Origin: Dictyostelium discoideum
Lineage: Eukaryota
Length of the DNA stretch: 64,000 bases
Assembly (NCBI GenBank): GCA_000004695.1
Contig: CM000150.2
Span: 224,001 to 288,000, forward strand
Direction: 5' to 3'
The notes under the pieces are model-generated. The model saw only the letters and a program-made list of their open reading frames with translations, was not told where the DNA came from and did not search any database. The translations under genes were made by a program, and so were the position numbers. Shown here one piece after another: positions 59,495 through 64,000 of this stretch. Within the stretch, counting starts at the first letter, position 1, and the number at the start of each line of letters is the position of its first letter.

Positions 59495-62152
59495 ATGATA
59501 AATTTTTTTAAAAAGAAAAATAAAAATTCAGGTGGGAGTACAAATAGTTCTAGTAATACAACACCATCATCGTCATTCTTTTCTTCTTCTTCAAATACTT
59601 CATCAACATCAACAAACAATAAATTATTTACATCAATTTCATCACCACAAATTATAAATAATAATAATAATAATAATAACAATAATAATAATTATAATAA
59701 TAATTTAAATAATAATTTAAATAACCCTCCTCCTCCGCCACCATATCAATTAAATAAAAATAAAATAAATAATCAAATTAATAGTAGTAGTGAAAATAAT
59801 ATAGTTAATTCACAAAGTTGTAATTTAGTAAATAGTAAAAGTAATAATACTTCATCATCAGGTAAGTCGATATCATCAGCAACATCAAGTTCTATATCAG
59901 GAGATGGTGGTGATGCAAATGGTTACAATATAAATACAGTTTCATCAAGAGGCTCAACATCATCACCTATTCAATTAATTCATCCAAATTTAGATTCTCC
60001 AAATGTAGGTGGCGGAGGAGGTGGTGGTAATAAATCAAGGATTAGAATATTTGGTAAAAATTTATCACCATCAACATCCTCATCAAAAGATAGTGGAAGT
60101 GGGTATGCTGGTGGTGTTGGTATTTTATCAGAAAAAGATATATTTCCAAATGGTGTTAAAAGGCAATTAAAAGGTGTAATGTTATTAGGTGAAGGTAATG
60201 ATGACGTTTTAATAAGAGCAAGAACTTATATAAATCAACAAGGTGAATTACATTTTACAAATGAAGATTTAGCACAATACATGTTTCCATTTGATTATGA
60301 TGAGGATTCACAGGTACCAATTCAATTGAAAATTCCAAAAATCGTACCAATGTCAAAACATGGTTTAGATAGTGACAGTGGTTCATCATCAGATGATGAA
60401 GGTAATAATTACCACCATGGTGGTATCAATAGATTCAATCATTTAAATAATAAAAACTTTTCAAATAAAACTTTATTAAAAGCAAGATCTTGTCTTTCAA
60501 ATTGGGTACCTGATTCACCATTAATCTCATCCTACAGATATCAATCTGAATCTTCAAATCTTGGTCCAATTAAACATAGTCAAATTATAAATAATAATAA
60601 AGATTTTAAAGAATTTGCAATAGAATCACCAAATTCAACTCTTAGTACAACTGATTTATTATCCAATCAATTACAACAACAATTACAACAACAACCACAA
60701 CATAATTATAAAAATGAAGAAGATAATGAAGAATCTATTAAATTTGAAAATCAAGAAAATGTTAAAACTGAAGATATTGAGAAAATAGATAAAATTAGAG
60801 TTAGTTTTGGAGAGAATGAAACTTTTGATGATATTTCTGACGTTGGTTTTTCACCAATTCCTGATAATAATATTATTAAAATAAATAAAAGTAATGAAAG
60901 TAATAAAAGTAATAATGGTTGTGGTAGTGGTAGTGGTAGTGGTAGCAATCTTTTTTCAATTCAATCACCTTCACTTAGAAATGGTTTTACAATTAGTGAA
61001 AATCTTAATAACCAATCACCAAAACAAACTACAATTCAGAGTATAGTTTCAACAACAACTACAACAACCACAACAACCACAAGTACAGCTGGCACAAATA
61101 ATAGTAATACAACCAATAATAGTATAAAACCACCAGCAACTCAATTTAGTATTTATGATTTTGTAAAACCACAATCACAACCAGAATTAAGTGGTAATAA
61201 AAAACAATCATACCATCAAAAGATACTATTTACATCATCACCAGCAGCTAATTCAATATCTCAAAATATTTCACCAATGATAACTCCAATATCTTCACCA
61301 ATCGCTCCAATTTTAAAAAATAGAAATAATTTTAATAATATGGGTAATGGAAATAAAATTTCAAAATTATTAATATCTGAAAATAATAATAATTCACAAA
61401 ATGTTACACCAAAATTGAAATCATTTAAAAATAAATTGGATAGTGAATTATTACAATCATTAGAAGCATTAATTGATTCACCACAAAATGTATCAAACTC
61501 TAATATTGATAATTGTTTTGGTACTGATTCTCCTAGATTATTATTATTGTTAGAAGAACAAAGACAACAAGAGCAAATATTGAAATTAAAAGAACAAGAA
61601 AACTTTAAAAAACAACATCAACAACTTTTAGAAAAAGTCTCAAGTGGTTTAGAAACCCTAAGAATTTCAATTCAAGATTTAAAATTTTTAGATTTAATAA
61701 ATGAATTTAATTTAAATGATCATCAAAATATAATTGAATTTCAAAAAAATAAAATTGAACAACAACAACAACAACAACAATTACAACAACAAAATAATGA
61801 AATTTTACAACAACAACAACAAATTGTCAATACAAATATTAACAATGAAGAAATCATTGATAAAGATGAAAAGGAATTGGATACAAATGATGTATCATCA
61901 TTATCTTCACTTTTATTATCACCTTCTTCTTCATCAACTTTATTATTTTCACCATGTAGTTCAAATTCAAATCTTATTGAAGATCATCCATTTGATATTT
62001 ATTCTCCACCTTTATCTTTATCAACCACTAAACAACAACAACAACAACAATTAATTTCAACAAAATCACAATCAATCACTATTGAAAAAAATAATTCAAC
62101 CCATCATTTATTTAATAATAGTTTTATTAATTTAATAAATAATCAACAATAG
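59495..62152 (+). CDS. Large Ser/Asn/Gln-rich low-complexity protein (885 aa) with coiled-coil-like C-terminal segment; function unknown
   Basis: The ATG is at 59495 and the ORF is continuous to a TAG at 62150-62152. Homopolymeric N, S, T and Q tracts are present, plus an acidic region, ENETFDDISD. A heptad-like region, LEEQRQQEQILKLKEQENFKKQHQQLLEKVSSGLETLRISIQDLKFLD, is present. No enzymatic motif is seen. Confidence 0.5.
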   Translation: MINFFKKKNKNSGGSTNSSSNTTPSSSFFSSSSNTSSTSTNNKLFTSISSPQIINNNNNNNNNNNNYNNNLNNNLNNPPPPPPYQLNKNKINNQINSSSENNIVNSQSCNLVNSKSNNTSSSGKSISSATSSSISGDGGDANGYNINTVSSRGSTSSPIQLIHPNLDSPNVGGGGGGGNKSRIRIFGKNLSPSTSSSKDSGSGYAGGVGILSEKDIFPNGVKRQLKGVMLLGEGNDDVLIRARTYINQQGELHFTNEDLAQYMFPFDYDEDSQVPIQLKIPKIVPMSKHGLDSDSGSSSDDEGNNYHHGGINRFNHLNNKNFSNKTLLKARSCLSNWVPDSPLISSYRYQSESSNLGPIKHSQIINNNKDFKEFAIESPNSTLSTTDLLSNQLQQQLQQQPQHNYKNEEDNEESIKFENQENVKTEDIEKIDKIRVSFGENETFDDISDVGFSPIPDNNIIKINKSNESNKSNNGCGSGSGSGSNLFSIQSPSLRNGFTISENLNNQSPKQTTIQSIVSTTTTTTTTTTSTAGTNNSNTTNNSIKPPATQFSIYDFVKPQSQPELSGNKKQSYHQKILFTSSPAANSISQNISPMITPISSPIAPILKNRNNFNNMGNGNKISKLLISENNNNSQNVTPKLKSFKNKLDSELLQSLEALIDSPQNVSNSNIDNCFGTDSPRLLLLLEEQRQQEQILKLKEQENFKKQHQQLLEKVSSGLETLRISIQDLKFLDLINEFNLNDHQNIIEFQKNKIEQQQQQQQLQQQNNEILQQQQQIVNTNINNEEIIDKDEKELDTNDVSSLSSLLLSPSSSSTLLFSPCSSNSNLIEDHPFDIYSPPLSLSTTKQQQQQQLISTKSQSITIEKNNSTHHLFNNSFINLINNQQ

Positions 62153-62361
62153 CAAAAACAAATAAAATATCTATAAACTAACAAGCCCCCGAGGAAAAAT
62201 AAAAAAAAAAAAAGTAATAATAAAATGTAATAATGAAATTTATTTATTGGAAAACTTTTATTATTTTATTGTTTTATACCTTTTTTTTTATTTTATTTAT
62301 TATTTATTTATTTTTTGTTTTTTTTTTTTTTTGTTTTTTTTTTTTGTTGTTTTTATTTTTT

Positions 62362-63251
62362 TTAAAATGGTTGTTGTAATTCATCTTGAAAGAATTTAAT
62401 TGAACCTTCAAAAACTGTTACAGAAGGACAACTAACAAAAACTTTATCATCTTCTTCTCTCCATTCAACTTCTAAAATACCACCATCCATTTGAACATTT
62501 GCTTTTCTATTATTTTTACCACGTAAAACCCCACTAACCAAAGCGGCAGCAGCACCAGTTCCACAAGAATTTGTTACACCAATACCCCGTTGCCAAACTC
62601 TAACACGTAGTGAATCTCTAGTTTTCACTTGTACGAATTCAACATTTGTCTTTTGTGGAAATATTGGATGTGATTCAATAACTTTACCATAGTAATCCAT
62701 TGGAAATTCATCAACATTCTCCAAATGTAATACACAATGAGGATTACCCATTGAAACTAATGTTGAATTAATAAAATGACCACCACATTGAATTACTTTA
62801 CTATATTCATTATATGATGAATTGGTTGATAATAATACTCTACCAAATGAATTTGATAAATCATTATTATTATTAATATTAATAATATTATTATTTAATT
62901 TAAAGATTGGACATTGTTGAAAAATATTTGAGTCGATTTGAAATTGATTTATATTTGGATGTTGAAAATTACCACCACTACTACCACCATGATGATCAGA
63001 TGTTTTCAAAACTAATGGATTACCTAAACTAACTTTACTCCAAAGTGTTTTTGCATTATTTAATGGATGTTGAGGAATGGTCATACATTGTTGTATACCT
63101 GCTATCGTATAAATACTAATACTTCTAGATTCAAATAAAAGATAAGGTGTTTGATTTAATGTTTTTAATCTATTTCTTGAAAAAAATGGTTTTAAATCTT
63201 CATTATGATGTGGTTCTTGATTATTATTATTATTATTATTATTATTATTTA

Positions 63252-63339
<88 letters not shown>

Positions 63340-63906
63340 TTGTTCAATTTCAATATTATTATTTTGATTATTTTGATTGTTTTGATTGTTTTGACTGTTT
63401 GTTCGATAAGATTTTAAATTATAATCTACAATATATTTGCAAACGCAAGAAACACCAGTTGTACAATTTTCAGCAATACTACCATCAGAATTAAAAATTA
63501 AAAGTTGAAAGTCAGTTTCATTCAATTTATCATTTGGAGGTGGTGTTAATACCAGTGTATTATCAGCACCAACGCCTTGTTCTCTATCACATAATCTTTG
63601 AGCAATGTTTTGTAATACTTGAATTGATGGTCTAAATGATGAATTATTATATTCTACCCTAAGATTATCAATATGAAATATAATAAAATCTTGACCACGT
63701 ACATGCATCTTACAAAATTTTAATATGACCGATGATAACAATAATTCATTTTGTTGTTGTTGTTGTTGATATTGTTGTTCTTGTTCTTGTTGTTTTTGAT
63801 AAAAAATTTGTCGATTCAAATTATTTTGTTGTTTTTGTTGTTGTTGTGTTGGAATTTGTGATGATGATAAAAATGAATTATGAAATGGGCATTTAGTTAT
63901 ATCCAT
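62362..63906 (-). CDS. Diaminopimelate epimerase (DapF)-like protein (DapF/PhzF/proline-racemase fold) with long poly-Asn/Gln insertions; single exon, 514 aa
   Basis: DapF hallmarks occur in order. FCKMHVRGQDFIIFHIDN matches F.KMHG.GNDF. NSDGSIAENCTTGVSCVCKY matches [20 protein letters not shown], with the first catalytic Cys. SMGNPHCV is identical to E. coli VSMGNPHCV. GIGVTNSCGTGAAAALV matches GERSGAETLSCGSGACAAV, with the second catalytic Cys. The ATG is at 63906. A roughly 100-residue (AAT)n poly-N insert lies between the two half-domains. Confidence 0.65.
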
Positions 63907-64000
63907 TATCTCCTATATATATTAATTGATTTTTTGATTTTTTTGATTTTTTTGATTTTTCGATTTTTTTTGATTTTATTAATTTTATTTGTGTGTATGT

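Noticed and set aside
59495-62152. Hunting for introns or a recognisable domain inside the 885-aa S/N/Q-rich ORF
   Set aside because: The ORF is continuous with a proper ATG and no splice-like interruptions. No enzymatic or binding motif could be recognised by eye, so it is reported only as a low-complexity hypothetical protein.
1-64000. CRISPR arrays, operons, RBS/-10/-35 promoters, rho-independent terminators
   Set aside because: The sequence is eukaryotic (spliceosomal introns, about 78% A+T, poly-N/Q tracts, eukaryote-only genes such as MSH6, PARP, TRAP-gamma and MPC). The regular repeats present are microsatellites and intra-gene amino-acid repeats, not repeat-spacer arrays.

Overview
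This window reads as nuclear DNA of a dictyostelid social amoeba, Dictyostelium discoideum-like. It is about 78% A+T, with long poly(A)/poly(T) intergenic tracts and poly-Asn/Gln codon repeats (AAT/CAA) inside genes. Introns are short (about 70-150 nt) and AT-rich, with GTAAGT/GTATGT donors and (T/A)AG acceptors. It is not prokaryotic, so there are no operons, RBSs or CRISPR arrays. Note that many 'M' starts in the ORF track are TTG/GTG, not real ATGs.

By splicing ORF fragments by eye I count about 29 protein-coding genes plus one pseudogene fragment. Seven are partly or wholly absent from the ORF track:
- a head-to-head pair of mitochondrial pyruvate carrier genes (MPC1-like and MPC2-like, built from 7-nt and 17-nt micro-exons)
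- TRAP-gamma (ssr3)
- a CCDC43 homologue split over two ORFs
- proteasome alpha-3
- the 5' exons of a 2OG-Fe(II) oxygenase and of a leishmanolysin
- a tandem-repeat protein whose true frame the ORF finder missed

The other genes are:
- msh6
- a BRCT-WGR-PARP protein
- a PH-CRIB PAK kinase (pakC-like)
- a DHX57-like DEAH helicase
- Kae1/OSGEP
- a TKL kinase
- a short-chain acyl-CoA synthetase with a (CAA)32 tract
- an APC/PUT-type transporter
- pyroglutamyl peptidase I
- a PAP2-like phosphatase
- a Mei2-like RRM protein
- a DnaJC9-like protein
- a signal-peptide SET-domain methyltransferase ending in KDEL
- a bacterial-type DapF-like epimerase

Non-coding oddities:
- a roughly 150-bp near-perfect palindrome
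- a SpeI/AvrII/BglII-site cluster in a GC-richer island
- a degenerate partial duplicate of the acyl-CoA synthetase gene
- several intergenic direct repeats and microsatellites
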